Source: Candidatus Aenigmatarchaeota archaeon
GTDB taxonomy: Archaea; Aenigmatarchaeota; Aenigmatarchaeia; CG10238-14; WAMV01
Direction of reading: 5' to 3'
Assembly (NCBI GenBank): GCA_015522145.1
Contig: WAMV01000007.1
Span: 15,470-79,469 of the forward strand
DNA length: 64,000 nucleotides
The translations under genes and the position numbers were made by a program. Below are positions 1 to 9,820 of this stretch, piece by piece. Below the pieces are notes generated by a model. It had not been told where the DNA came from. It saw only the letters and a program-made list of their open reading frames with translations, and searched no databases. Position 1 is the stretch's first letter; the number at the start of each line of letters is the position of its first letter.

Positions 1-924
1 ATTTGTTGCTTTCATTTCTATCCCATACTTAAGCCTTTTTAGGTTGGTTGTGTAGAGATCGTCGCCAACAACGAGTTTGCCAGTAAGGTTCTTAGTGAGT
101 ATAGAATGGCTTATAAAATCTTCTTGCTCAAAAGGATCTTCTATATAATGAATTCTAAACTTTTTTGCTAATTCCTGTATGTACTCTAGCTGCTCAATTT
201 TACTCAGTTTTTTGTTACTATAAGAATAGATTTTCTCATCTTCTTTCCAGATATTGCTTGCAGCTACGTCTAGGCCTATCAACATATCTTGTTCTTTTGC
301 TATGCTGTCTAGAATTTCTAATATTGTCTCTTCATCCAGCTTTGTTACCCAACCAGACTCTAGATTCCTGGCAAAGCTAAATGTTGGGTCTTTTTTTCTG
401 AATTCATCTGCTAACTTATAATAAATGTTAGAAACCGATTGTAGTGTTTTAACTATACTTTCTTGTTCTCTAGGGAGAACTAAAAATTCTTGAAAATTGG
501 TTTGTCCTCTCCAGCCACCTGCCATGTTACAAACTGGTTTAGGTATTTTAGGCTTAACCTTGAATAAATCCGATAAATATTGATAAACTTCCAAACCTTC
601 TTCACCAGCAAAAAAGTTTAAAAAAGCATAGGAAATTGCTAAGCTTAGATTGCTTCCTATAAAGCTAAAATCTTCTGTTCCATCTATAATCTTGAGTGTA
701 TCATCTACGTCGCTGATATCCTCAAACTTTTGATTTTTAAAGTGTCTCTTGATTATGTGGAATTTGTTTATCACTCTCTCTAATTCGAGAATTTTTGCTT
801 CATGTTTTCCTCTGCTAGTGCCTATGGGAGCAATACCTTTATACTTTCCATTAATCTCTACCTCTAATCCAAACTTTCCGTTAGTTAGCAAAACCTTTCT
901 TATTTCAATACTCTCTACTTTCAT
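1..924 (-). CDS. eno: Enolase (phosphopyruvate hydratase), N-terminal ~307 aa. The 3' end runs off the window start.
   Basis: Minus-strand translation from the ATG at 924 gives MKVESIEIRKV...GLDVAASNIW...YIEDPFEQEDF...LVVGDDLYTTNLKRLKYGIEMKATN. These match enolase motifs (SIEDPF, GDDLxVTN). Absent from the ORF track because the ORF is open at the edge. Confidence 0.8.
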   Translation of the reverse strand, partial: MKVESIEIRKVLLTNGKFGLEVEINGKYKGIAPIGTSRGKHEAKILELERVINKFHIIKRHFKNQKFEDISDVDDTLKIIDGTEDFSFIGSNLSLAISYAFLNFFAGEEGLEVYQYLSDLFKVKPKIPKPVCNMAGGWRGQTNFQEFLVLPREQESIVKTLQSVSNIYYKLADEFRKKDPTFSFARNLESGWVTKLDEETILEILDSIAKEQDMLIGLDVAASNIWKEDEKIYSYSNKKLSKIEQLEYIQELAKKFRIHYIEDPFEQEDFISHSILTKNLTGKLVVGDDLYTTNLKRLKYGIEMKATN

Positions 925-2102
925 AATTTCACATCAGGATACACAAGCTTCCAAAACTTCTTTCCAGATATGTTTTGATATTTGGTTTTTTGAGCGTTTT
1001 TTTCATGGAAATTTTTAACACCCTTTATTTTTTTCTTTGGATTGTATATCATGAATGGAACTGGGCCATGCATATGCTTTCCTGTTATACTTGATGTTAT
1101 GTGATCTCCTGTTATGACAATCTTTCCGTTGAAATTTTCTAATGTTTGGAGGTATTTGTCAAGTGTTTCGAAGAATTTAATTTTCTGTTTACGTTTTTTA
1201 TCATGACCTAATTCATCACATTTCTTGAGGTGAACTACTACCAGCTCGTTATCTATCATGACTTCTTCTAAAGCCTCAAAACTATTAGCTATGTATTTTT
1301 CTATGTTGTCCTCATGTTTTAACTCATAGATTTTGAAGCCAGCTAACAGAAAAACAGCTTTCACAACACCCCTTTCAGCTATACTCACAGCATTTTTTAT
1401 TTTCAGTCTCCTTAAAAATCTCGGAAAAGCAAATATTTTGTTACCAGGATCTCTCATGAGTAAATAGTTAGCAGGCAACATTCCAAGATCCCTTCTTTCC
1501 TTATTGATTGGATGTTTCGCTAATATTTGCTTTGCCTGCTCTAAAAAATCGTTTAGTAGTTTTGCTGTATGTAAGGCTTCTTTTTTTAGAGCGCTTATCC
1601 TCACAGGCGGCCTGCCTTCTTCCAGAGGATCATTACATCTAACCTCATCATTTAAATTCATTCTTATAACTAAAACTGCTCTGTGTTGAGAAGTATGAAA
1701 GAAGTCAAATGGGGCTTTAATCTTAACTTTTCTGTTTATGTCTTCGGCCATTTCTTTTAATCCATAATCGTCTCTACCAGCTCGACGGTCAACTATTACT
1801 CCGTTTTCTATAGTAGCAAAATTACACCTTACTGCTAGGTGCCCTTCTTTTAAATTATAATCTGATCCTATAGCTTCCAGCACCCCCCGCTTTAAATTTT
1901 TTCTTCTGACATCATAACCCAAAAGAGAAATTGTAGCGTAATGAGACCATACTGGAATTTTTTCGGGCAACAGTTGTAAAGTGCCTACTAAACTTTTAGA
2001 TGCCAACTTATCCCAAAAGGGTTTATTAGCTAGCTCAAGGGGTGTTTCTCCCTCATCAGCCAGACCATCTATGTAGAAAATTATTGTTTTTAATTTTCTC
2101 AT
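921..2102 (-). CDS. apgM: 2,3-bisphosphoglycerate-independent phosphoglycerate mutase, archaeal type (ApgM)
   Basis: 393 aa with N-terminal IIFYIDGLADEG motif. Its stop overlaps the enolase start (ATGA), giving a glycolytic gene pair. Confidence 0.7.
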   Translation of the reverse strand: MRKLKTIIFYIDGLADEGETPLELANKPFWDKLASKSLVGTLQLLPEKIPVWSHYATISLLGYDVRRKNLKRGVLEAIGSDYNLKEGHLAVRCNFATIENGVIVDRRAGRDDYGLKEMAEDINRKVKIKAPFDFFHTSQHRAVLVIRMNLNDEVRCNDPLEEGRPPVRISALKKEALHTAKLLNDFLEQAKQILAKHPINKERRDLGMLPANYLLMRDPGNKIFAFPRFLRRLKIKNAVSIAERGVVKAVFLLAGFKIYELKHEDNIEKYIANSFEALEEVMIDNELVVVHLKKCDELGHDKKRKQKIKFFETLDKYLQTLENFNGKIVITGDHITSSITGKHMHGPVPFMIYNPKKKIKGVKNFHEKNAQKTKYQNISGKKFWKLVYPDVKL

Positions 2103-2122
2103 AAAGAATTTTTTGTGTCAGA

Positions 2123-2458
2123 CTAAATAAAACCCATGTCTTTTAGAATGGATAAACTGTAATCTTTTAGTTTTTTAGATATTGCAAGCTTAGCTTTGAT
2201 TATAGCCTTCTTAGCTTCAGGATTGTTTTTAGCAAACTCTTCCATTGCTTTAATAAAAGCGAACCCAGTCAACACCTCTCCCCAGAAAAATGCTTTTTGC
2301 ATGGCTTTTATTCTTTTTTCTTCTTTAGTTTCGTTCAAAGCTCTAAGTTTCCACTTTTTATAATAATGATATGCAATCTTGAAATGTGTTCCATTCATTA
2401 TTAACCACCTAATAGTGGTTATAGTAAGAACTAGTATATAAAGCTTTCGTTTTGTCAC
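2123..2458 (-). CDS. Hypothetical small membrane-anchored protein
   Basis: 111 aa with an N-terminal hydrophobic segment. No recognisable family. Confidence 0.35.
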   Translation of the reverse strand: MTKRKLYILVLTITTIRWLIMNGTHFKIAYHYYKKWKLRALNETKEEKRIKAMQKAFFWGEVLTGFAFIKAMEEFAKNNPEAKKAIIKAKLAISKKLKDYSLSILKDMGFI

Positions 2459-2468
2459 TACCTATTAG

Positions 2469-3731
2469 TTATAACTTAAATGTTCTGTTGTTGGCTATGG
2501 GCGCAACAGCATCAAATCCCATCTCTTCCTTAAGCTCTGCAGCAAACTCTTGGGTATGATCGCCATGAACGCAAAAAATCTTTTCTGGATTAACATCTTT
2601 AATAAATTGCAAAAGCTCATCTCTACCAGAATGAGCTGAGAAGTCAAATCTAAAGACTTTCATATCAAGCTCCAAATCCACATCTTCTGTTACATATCTT
2701 CCAGTCTCTAACAAAACTCTGCCAGGGGTTCCTTCAACCTGATAACCTGTAAGTATTAAGCTCGATTTCTCATCTTTGTAAAGTTTTCTTATGTAAAAAT
2801 CTATAGGACCTCCGTGAAGCATACCGCTGGTTGTTAAAATAATACATGGTTGTTTTATTATTTTTTTCCTTTGAGTTTTGTTGTTAACATACTCTACATT
2901 TTCTAGCGCATTTTCTAAAGATTTTGGATTTCTTAGCAATTTGTTGTGCCTATTTATTATTGTTGTTGCTTTTTTGGCCATTCCATCCATGTATATTGGG
3001 AAATTGACCTTATACTTTCTAAGTATTAAAAGCACCTCCTGCAATCTACCTACTGCAAAACCACTGACTAAAGCAACACCATCTTCATAAATAGTTTCCT
3101 TGATAACTCTAACAAACTCCTTTTCCTGCTCCTCCCTGTTTGGATGGTTCCTATCGCTATAAGTACTTTCAGTTATTAACACATCTACCTCAGGCAAATC
3201 TTTTTCACATCCCTTAAGGAGTCTTGTATCTATAGCGTTAAAATCTCCCGTATATAAAATGTTTTTTTCACTCTCAACATATACCATAGCAGAACCGGGA
3301 ATATGACCTGCATCGAAAAAAGTTATTGTAGATTTGCCTATCCTAATAGGTTTTTTATAATCCAGGTGAACGAAGTTTCTTATGGTTTGGTCTACATCAT
3401 CCTTATTAAACGGTAAAGGAAAGCCTTCTTCGTTAGAGATTTTTATTGAGTCGTTAAGTAATAACTCTGTTAACTCTTTGGTAACCTCTTGGGCATAAAT
3501 AGGTACATTATCTCCTCTAGCCACAAAAATTGGAAGTCCTCCAGAATGATCAAGATGGGCATGGGTAAGAAATATAGCATCGACATTGCCTTTAATTGGT
3601 ATGGGAAAAATTGGTGGCACCTCTCGAGGTTTGGTTCCATAATCGAAAACAATTTTCTCACTACCAGTATCTAAAAGTATAGCACTTGCTCCTACGCTAG
3701 CCATCCCACCATGAAAGCTTAGTTCAATCAT
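2469..3731 (-). CDS. Metallo-beta-lactamase/beta-CASP ribonuclease (aCPSF2 / RNase J-like)
   Basis: HAHLDHSG motif, about 420 aa with beta-CASP length and layout, no KH domains. Confidence 0.65.
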   Translation of the reverse strand: MIELSFHGGMASVGASAILLDTGSEKIVFDYGTKPREVPPIFPIPIKGNVDAIFLTHAHLDHSGGLPIFVARGDNVPIYAQEVTKELTELLLNDSIKISNEEGFPLPFNKDDVDQTIRNFVHLDYKKPIRIGKSTITFFDAGHIPGSAMVYVESEKNILYTGDFNAIDTRLLKGCEKDLPEVDVLITESTYSDRNHPNREEQEKEFVRVIKETIYEDGVALVSGFAVGRLQEVLLILRKYKVNFPIYMDGMAKKATTIINRHNKLLRNPKSLENALENVEYVNNKTQRKKIIKQPCIILTTSGMLHGGPIDFYIRKLYKDEKSSLILTGYQVEGTPGRVLLETGRYVTEDVDLELDMKVFRFDFSAHSGRDELLQFIKDVNPEKIFCVHGDHTQEFAAELKEEMGFDAVAPIANNRTFKL

Positions 3732-3791
3732 TAAAATTTGTTATGGTAGTTAGGTTATTATTATTAACTTTCCTTTCCAATTGTTTTTTAT

Positions 3792-4724
3792 ATGAGAAAA
3801 TCTCGAAAAATTGAAAAGGTTGTTGAAAAAGTTTTACATCAACATCTTGCCGTAAAACCTTTTGAGAAATTAACAATAGTAAGTGATGATAAAAAAATGA
3901 AAATAGCCAAACACTTCTTCTCTTATGCAAAAAGAATTGCTATAGATGTTTCATGGTTTATGATGGAAGTGAGAAAAGAGGATGGAGAAGAGCCACCAGA
4001 GCAAATAAAGGCTGGTATGCTGGCTAGCGATGTCATAATAGCAATAACCTCTAAATCTCTAACTCACGCAAAATCAACAATAGAAGCAGTATCTAAAGGG
4101 GCCAGAGTTGCAAGCATGCCTGGTATAGAAGAAGAAATGTTGACTAAAGGTGCTATGACAGCAAGTTTTGAAAGTATTAAAGAAACAACACAAAATCTGA
4201 TGAGAAACTTGGAGGGGTCTAATTTTGTTGAAGTTAAAAGCTCCAACGGCACTAACCTATTTTTTAGTGTTAGAGGTAGAGAATGGTATGTTGATGATGG
4301 AGATTTGAGAGAACCTGGAAAAATAGGAAATTTGCCTTGTGGAGAAGTTTTCATAGCTCCCAATGAAAATTCTGTTAATGGAAAAATAGTATTTGATTAC
4401 TTTCCTGGAGTTAAAGGTAAGTTGAAATTGGATGTAGAGAGTGGAAAAATAGTTAAAACAAACAAGAAACTAAAATTGATAGAAGGTTTTGAGAATAAAA
4501 AAATGATAGGAGAATTTGGAATTGGTGCCAATCCAAAAGCAAAAATAATAGGAAACGTGCTAGAGGATGAGAAGGTTTTAGGTACTGTTCATATTGCTCT
4601 AGGGAGGAACATTGGATTTGGGGGAACATTAGATTTACCGTTTCACGTTGATGGAATAATTAAAAAACCGACGCTCAAAGTTGATAACAGAACTATTATA
4701 AAGTCTGGTAAGCTAGTCATATGA
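3792..4724 (+). CDS. Aminopeptidase, M29 (AmpS/AmpT)-like family
   Basis: NLPCGEVFIAP, FGIGANP and HIALG motifs resemble aminopeptidase T family. Shorter than typical members (310 aa). Confidence 0.45.
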   Translation: MRKSRKIEKVVEKVLHQHLAVKPFEKLTIVSDDKKMKIAKHFFSYAKRIAIDVSWFMMEVRKEDGEEPPEQIKAGMLASDVIIAITSKSLTHAKSTIEAVSKGARVASMPGIEEEMLTKGAMTASFESIKETTQNLMRNLEGSNFVEVKSSNGTNLFFSVRGREWYVDDGDLREPGKIGNLPCGEVFIAPNENSVNGKIVFDYFPGVKGKLKLDVESGKIVKTNKKLKLIEGFENKKMIGEFGIGANPKAKIIGNVLEDEKVLGTVHIALGRNIGFGGTLDLPFHVDGIIKKPTLKVDNRTIIKSGKLVI

Positions 4725-4826
4725 TTTTATAAAGTAGTTTTTTCCTATTACAATTTAAGGGGGAATGATATGAACCAATCCCAATAATGAAAACAACTTC
4801 TTTGAGTTTTGGTGAGGTGTTAATCT

Positions 4827-6113
4827 ATGTTTGATATTAATTTGATTCGAAAAAATCCAGAGTTGGTAAGGGAAAATTTAAAAAGAAGACAAGAACCAAA
4901 GTACCTAGAATTATTGGACAGAGCAATAGAGCTTGATAGAAAATGGAGGGAAATAAAAACAAAAGCAAATGAGCTAAGGGCAAAAAGAAACAAACTAAGT
5001 CAAGAAATAGCCAAGCTGAAAAAGCAAGGCATGCCTACAGAAACTTTAATGGAAGAAGCTAGAAAGGTTGCTCAAGAAATAGAAAAGTTGGAAGATGAAG
5101 AAAGAAAGGTGGAGGAGGAATTAAAAACGGTGTTAATGAAAATCCCAAACATGCTTCACGAAAGTGTGCCTTATGGAAAAGATGAAAATGATAACGTGGT
5201 TGTAAAGGTTGTTGGCAAGCCACCAAAATTTAATTTTCAGCCAAAGAGTCACATAGAAATTTTAACCAACTTAGGATTACTTGATTTAGAAAGAGGTTCT
5301 AAAGTAGCTGGCAGCAGATTCTATTACCTTAAACATGAACTGGCTTTGCTGGATTTGGCCTTACAAAGATTTGCTATAGACGAGTTAAGAAAAAAAGGTT
5401 ATATATTAGTTGAACCGCCATTCATGCTGAATAAAAGAGCTTACATGGGGGCTGTCGATTTTGAGTTCTTCCAGGATCAAATCTACAAAATTGAAAATGA
5501 GGATCTCTACATGATAGCTACAGCAGAACATCCTATAGCAGCCATGTTCATGGATGAGGTTTTAAACGCTGAAGATTTGCCATTAAAATTTGTTGGTGTA
5601 AGCCCATGTTTCAGAAAGGAAGTTGGAGCTCATGGAAAGTATACCAAAGGCTTGTTTAGAGTACACCACTTCAACAAAATAGAACAATTTATATTCTGTA
5701 AACCTGAAGAAAGTTGGGACTTGCATGAAGAACTGCAAAGGAATAGCGAAGAACTTTACAAAAAACTTGGCTTGCATTTCAGGGTAGTTAATGTTTGTAC
5801 AGGTGATATTGGGGAGTTTGCTGCAAAGAAGTATGACATTGAAGTATGGATGGCAGATGGAAAGTATAGGGAAGCGGGCTCAAACTCAAACTGTACAGAT
5901 TATCAAGCAAGAAGATTGAATATAAGATATAGAGAAAAGCCTGGTATGCCACCAAAAGGCTTTGTTCATACACTCAACAATACTGCACTGGCAACCAGCA
6001 GAACAATGATAGCTATAGTTGAGCAGTATCAGCAAGAGGACGGAACTGTTAAAATACCTAGAGTTCTATGGAAGTACATGAACGGTATCAAAAAACTAGA
6101 ACCAAGAAAGTAA
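4827..6113 (+). CDS. serS: Seryl-tRNA synthetase
   Basis: N-terminus MFDINLIRKNPELVRENLKRR, coiled-coil arm, class II core. GGTGAGG SD upstream. Confidence 0.9.
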   Translation: MFDINLIRKNPELVRENLKRRQEPKYLELLDRAIELDRKWREIKTKANELRAKRNKLSQEIAKLKKQGMPTETLMEEARKVAQEIEKLEDEERKVEEELKTVLMKIPNMLHESVPYGKDENDNVVVKVVGKPPKFNFQPKSHIEILTNLGLLDLERGSKVAGSRFYYLKHELALLDLALQRFAIDELRKKGYILVEPPFMLNKRAYMGAVDFEFFQDQIYKIENEDLYMIATAEHPIAAMFMDEVLNAEDLPLKFVGVSPCFRKEVGAHGKYTKGLFRVHHFNKIEQFIFCKPEESWDLHEELQRNSEELYKKLGLHFRVVNVCTGDIGEFAAKKYDIEVWMADGKYREAGSNSNCTDYQARRLNIRYREKPGMPPKGFVHTLNNTALATSRTMIAIVEQYQQEDGTVKIPRVLWKYMNGIKKLEPRK

Positions 6114-6857
6114 TGTAAAAATTAAAGCTAATAAAAATGCTGGGGCAAACCTAACACCTTCCTTTACCCAAACATATTTTTTCTTTTTTCTTAACTCTTG
6201 TAACTCTTTCTTTGTGATTCCGCGCCAAAGTCTAGAGTCTGCTATTACATCTCCTACTTTCAATTTTTCTATTGGTATTTTTCTTTTCATAACTATTCTA
6301 TCAACTATTTTAAGGTAAGTCATAAGCAAATAAAGTAAAACAAACAAGCTGGATAGGGCAAATGCCAAAACTAAAGAATATTCATAGCTCAAAACAAAGC
6401 TATAAGGTAAGTAAAATATAATCAACAAAACAAAAAAAGCTAACATAAGTCTGTTTTTGTTTTTAACTACTCTCTCTGAAAAAACTTTTCTAACTTTTTT
6501 GTTTTTGAAAGAAATTACGAAAGAGTATGCTATAATGTACAAAGCACCAAAAACAAAAACGTTAAAGAGATAAAGAAAGGCTTTCTCAAATTCAAAAATA
6601 CTACCTAGAGCAAATCCAACAGTTGTTAAAATAGCTGTGTCGCCATAACCCCACTGTCCAGTTACGTAGAAAATATAGCCTATGGTATAAAAGGTAAGGG
6701 CTATTATCAGTGAGTTGAAAAATGTATTGTTGGTTAATGAGATTAAAATGAAGAGAAATGAGAAAAGGTATGGTAGCTTATCGTCTATCTCTGTTGTTTT
6801 CAGATCCTGGTAAGAGGTTATTATTAAAAACAAAAAAAGTAAGAGTAAGGTTAACAT
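6096..6857 (-). CDS. Type IV prepilin/preflagellin peptidase (A24 family, FlaK/PibD/EppA-like) with C-terminal soluble extension
   Basis: Polytopic membrane protein with SYQDLKTTEIDD (first catalytic Asp region) and GYGD (GxGD) motifs. Extra C-terminal ~70 aa charged domain. Confidence 0.6.
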   Translation of the reverse strand: MLTLLLLFLFLIITSYQDLKTTEIDDKLPYLFSFLFILISLTNNTFFNSLIIALTFYTIGYIFYVTGQWGYGDTAILTTVGFALGSIFEFEKAFLYLFNVFVFGALYIIAYSFVISFKNKKVRKVFSERVVKNKNRLMLAFFVLLIIFYLPYSFVLSYEYSLVLAFALSSLFVLLYLLMTYLKIVDRIVMKRKIPIEKLKVGDVIADSRLWRGITKKELQELRKKKKYVWVKEGVRFAPAFLLALIFTLLSWF

Positions 6858-6862
6858 TTTCC

Positions 6863-7006
6863 CTAGCTGTATTTTTTAAATCCTATGTCCTTATAGACTT
6901 CTCTGATGCATTTTCTACAGTAAAAAAGGTTGTATTTTTTGATGACACCTCTAGTAGAACCACATCTCCTACATGTGTACTTGGCTCTACCATGTGGCTT
7001 TACCAT
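6863..7006 (-). CDS. rps14: 30S ribosomal protein uS14 (type Z, zinc-binding), 47 aa. Not in the ORF track.
   Basis: Minus-strand ORF MVKPHGRAKYTCRRCGSTRGVIKKYNLFYCRKCIREVYKDIGFKKYS. CxxC...CxxC zinc ribbon typical of S14 type Z. Position follows uL5 as in archaeal clusters. Confidence 0.8.
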   Translation of the reverse strand: MVKPHGRAKYTCRRCGSTRGVIKKYNLFYCRKCIREVYKDIGFKKYS

Positions 7007-7185
7007 GCAGCCTCACCTAGTACTGTTATGGGGTCTTTATCCATGAAGAAATTTATTTCGTTAATTTTTTCCATAATGTCCAAATAAAAGTTTTTGTAGT
7101 TTTTTCTTGCCTCTGCTATTTTAAGCAGTATGCCTGAGAGTTTTATTACTTCTTCCATAATTTCCTGATTTTCTTCAAACAACAT
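7000..7185 (-). CDS. Hypothetical small acidic protein inserted between uL5 and uS14
   Basis: 61-aa ORF (MLFEENQEIMEEVIKLSG...) with AAAGGAGGAG SD upstream. Its stop overlaps the uS14 start (ATGGTAA). Alternative TTG/GTG starts extend to 7194. Confidence 0.3.
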   Translation of the reverse strand: MLFEENQEIMEEVIKLSGILLKIAEARKNYKNFYLDIMEKINEINFFMDKDPITVLGEAAW

Positions 7186-7678
7186 TAACACCAAACTCCT
7201 CCTTTAGCCATTTAATTACTTCTTCCTTACTAATTTTATGCTTTTTTCCTATTTTACTTTTTTTAACTTTTCTTCTTTTAACTCTGTAGCCTGGCCTTTC
7301 TAGTGTTATAGCAACATCAAAACCTAACATACCTATTTCTGGATCGTATTTCATTCCTGGAATGTCTATGTACTCTTTTATTCCTATGTTAATATTACCG
7401 TCTTTATCAAGCTGAGAAGCCTTTATGGTGTTATCCAAAGCTTTCAACACCTTTTTAAAAAACTCATAAGCATCCTGTTTCCTCAATGTTACTTTAACGC
7501 CTACAGGTTTGCCTTTAGCTATGCCAAAAGTGCTTCTTTTTCTAGAAAGTGTTATTACAGGTTTCTTGCCTGTCATTCTTTCCAGAATTTTCTTTGCTTT
7601 TTCTATTTTTTGCATATCACCTGCACAACCTACGTTTATAGTTACTTTTTCTATTCTTATCTGCTTCATGGAATTCAT
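7175..7678 (-). CDS. rpl5: 50S ribosomal protein uL5
   Basis: Sequence similarity and position in cluster. Confidence 0.9.
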   Translation of the reverse strand: MNSMKQIRIEKVTINVGCAGDMQKIEKAKKILERMTGKKPVITLSRKRSTFGIAKGKPVGVKVTLRKQDAYEFFKKVLKALDNTIKASQLDKDGNINIGIKEYIDIPGMKYDPEIGMLGFDVAITLERPGYRVKRRKVKKSKIGKKHKISKEEVIKWLKEEFGVNVV

Positions 7679-8373
7679 TCCACCACCGTTATTACGGGCT
7701 TTTCTTTACCTACTATAAACACGTCTCTTTTTAAAGCTTCTACTTCTTCGTTATCTATAACTAGAATTACTTTTGAGGGAACTCTAAACTTCCCTGGTTT
7801 TATCTCTTTAATTTTACCTAGCTTTCCAGAGCTCTTGCCTTTAAGCACCAGACCCAACATTCCTTTTTTGAATTCTAGTTTTTCTTTAATTTTGTTTTCG
7901 GGGATTTGAACTAGTAAGCTATCATGCGTATTATATTCGTTTTTATCAACCACAAAAGTTCTGCCGTCATGAGTTCCAAGTTGTAGTTTACCGCCTTTAA
8001 TTTTTTTCTTAATTTTAATTTTACAAAGTTTTAGGTTAGCTTCTTTTTTGCTAATTTCTACAACACTCAAGAATTTCTTTGATGAAACAACTCTATAACT
8101 TTTATCTAATTTTGGTATGGTTATTACATCAAACAAGCCTACTGGAAAACGATGGTCCTTTCTAACTCGGCCATCAATCAAAATTTCTCCTCTTTTAATT
8201 ATTTTTTTAGCATCTCTGTACTTCTCTGCTAATTGCAAAACATCTCTAACCAAAACAAGCAACGGTATACTTTCAAATTTAGCATGAGGTCCTGGTATTG
8301 GTGCCACTACATATTTTCTAGCCTTTTTGGGAACTCTCCAAAATTCTGGAGCTAATAATCTTTTTAGTTTCAT
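7675..8373 (-). CDS. rps4e: 30S ribosomal protein eS4
   Basis: MKLKRLLAPEFWRVPKK... typical S4e N-terminus. Confidence 0.9.
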   Translation of the reverse strand: MKLKRLLAPEFWRVPKKARKYVVAPIPGPHAKFESIPLLVLVRDVLQLAEKYRDAKKIIKRGEILIDGRVRKDHRFPVGLFDVITIPKLDKSYRVVSSKKFLSVVEISKKEANLKLCKIKIKKKIKGGKLQLGTHDGRTFVVDKNEYNTHDSLLVQIPENKIKEKLEFKKGMLGLVLKGKSSGKLGKIKEIKPGKFRVPSKVILVIDNEEVEALKRDVFIVGKEKPVITVVE

Positions 8374-8738
8374 TCTTTAACCCCCAATTTCTCCTTTCTA
8401 TACTTATCTGAAAGGTCTAAATTTATAACTTTAAGGTTTGATGGATGAATGGGCACGTGATACTCTGTACCTACTGTTCTTTTTCTTTTAACCGTATCTA
8501 TGTAAACCTTGTATTTTTTGGTATCTATCCTTATTATTTTTCCTTTGGTTCCTTTGAAGCTACCTCTCATAACTTCGACTTCATCTCCAACCCTTAAAGG
8601 AACGCTTCTCCTTTTCAATTTTTCCCTTAATTCTTTTGATAAGTGAGCTGAAATGAGTTTTCTTCTTAAATGTAGAAAAGCGTTTATCAAAAATTTTCTT
8701 TGTTTTCTTGGTTTCTTGCTTTTAGGTCTTCTCATCAA
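8370..8738 (-). CDS. rpl24: 50S ribosomal protein uL24
   Basis: KOW motif VGDEVEVMRGSFKGTKGKI. Confidence 0.9.
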   Translation of the reverse strand: MMRRPKSKKPRKQRKFLINAFLHLRRKLISAHLSKELREKLKRRSVPLRVGDEVEVMRGSFKGTKGKIIRIDTKKYKVYIDTVKRKRTVGTEYHVPIHPSNLKVINLDLSDKYRKEKLGVKE

Positions 8739-9133
8739 ACCACCATAGTAGCTATTTTACCTATTGAGCTAAAACGTTCAACCGCTTCTTTAGCAACTGG
8801 GCCTTTAACCTCGCTTCCCATAGGGTCTCCTTTTTCATTTATCAAAACAGCAGCATTATCTTCAAAATAAACTCTTATACCATTTCTACGCCTGTACTCT
8901 TTTTTCTGCCTGACTATTACAGCACTAAAAACTTTTTTCCTAAGTTTAAATTCGCCTTTCTTAACAGTCACCTTAACTACAGAGCCTACACACGCTGACG
9001 GAAGTCTTTTTCTTCTGCCTTTATAACCAACAACGGAAATTATTTGAAGTAGTTTAGCTCCACTATTGTCTGCACAATTTATGTATGCACCTACTGGCAA
9101 GGCTCTTGTTACTTTTGCTTTCATTCCCTTCAT
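8735..9133 (-). CDS. rpl14: 50S ribosomal protein uL14
   Basis: INCADNSGAK motif. Confidence 0.9.
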   Translation of the reverse strand: MKGMKAKVTRALPVGAYINCADNSGAKLLQIISVVGYKGRRKRLPSACVGSVVKVTVKKGEFKLRKKVFSAVIVRQKKEYRRRNGIRVYFEDNAAVLINEKGDPMGSEVKGPVAKEAVERFSSIGKIATMVV

Positions 9134-9489
9134 GATGCTTCACCTCTCTTGACAATTTCGAATATAACAAAATGTTTTGTTTTTGATAAAGGCCTAGTTT
9201 CTCCAATTCTTACTATGTCTCCTTCTTTAGCTCTTATACATTCTGGGTTATGAACAGTTATTTTGCTTCTTCTCCTCTCATATCTTTCATATTTTGGTAC
9301 ATAATGCAAATACTCTATCTCTACAACAGCTGATTTGTAGGCTTTGGCTGAAACAACTTTACCCTGCAATACCTGGCCCCTTATCTTAACGTGCCCATGC
9401 CAAGGACACTTATTATCACTACATGTTTCTTCAGGGGGCTTAGCATCTATGCCTATGTTGTTTACTTTTTGTTGTTTGGCCATTATCAC
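9130..9489 (-). CDS. rps17: 30S ribosomal protein uS17
   Basis: CPWHGHVKIRGQVLQGKVVS motif. Confidence 0.85.
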   Translation of the reverse strand: MIMAKQQKVNNIGIDAKPPEETCSDNKCPWHGHVKIRGQVLQGKVVSAKAYKSAVVEIEYLHYVPKYERYERRRSKITVHNPECIRAKEGDIVRIGETRPLSKTKHFVIFEIVKRGEAS

Positions 9490-9538
9490 ACCTGTAATAA
9501 AAATTTATTTGAGCTTATCCCTTTAAAAATAAAATTGT

Positions 9539-9820
9539 TTACCATCTTGGTATTTTTTTCTTTATTCTATCTTCTGGTCTACCCACTAATAATTTACCAT
9601 CTACCTTTACCTTTGTCCCGTCGGGCAAAGTAAAAATAAAGGTACAGAGCTTCTTGATTACTTTTTTTTCACCTTTTTTGGTTTCTATAGTCAATGTATT
9701 GTAAGTTTCGTCAACCACCTTTCCTCTTATTCCTTTATAAGAGGGGTTTACAGAATCTTTTACCTGAACCCTTAGGCCAATCAACTCATGCCTAACCAGA
9801 TTTTTGGGAGTAATTGGCAT
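9539..9820 (-). CDS. rnp1: Ribonuclease P protein component 1 (Rpp29/Pop4)
   Basis: HELIGLRVQV...GIRGKVVDETYNTL motif. Conserved position between SUI1 and uS17. Confidence 0.75.
   Translation of the reverse strand: MPITPKNLVRHELIGLRVQVKDSVNPSYKGIRGKVVDETYNTLTIETKKGEKKVIKKLCTFIFTLPDGTKVKVDGKLLVGRPEDRIKKKIPRW

Noticed and set aside
165-1018. Plus-strand ORFs 165-380 and 749-1018
   Set aside because: They lie antisense to the enolase coding sequence on the minus strand, show low-complexity Leu/Ser-rich composition and have no SD. Treated as spurious.
6758-7087. Plus-strand 109-aa ORF across the uS14 locus
   Set aside because: It is antisense to the convincing uS14 zinc-ribbon ORF and to the prepilin peptidase 5' end. 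Spurious.
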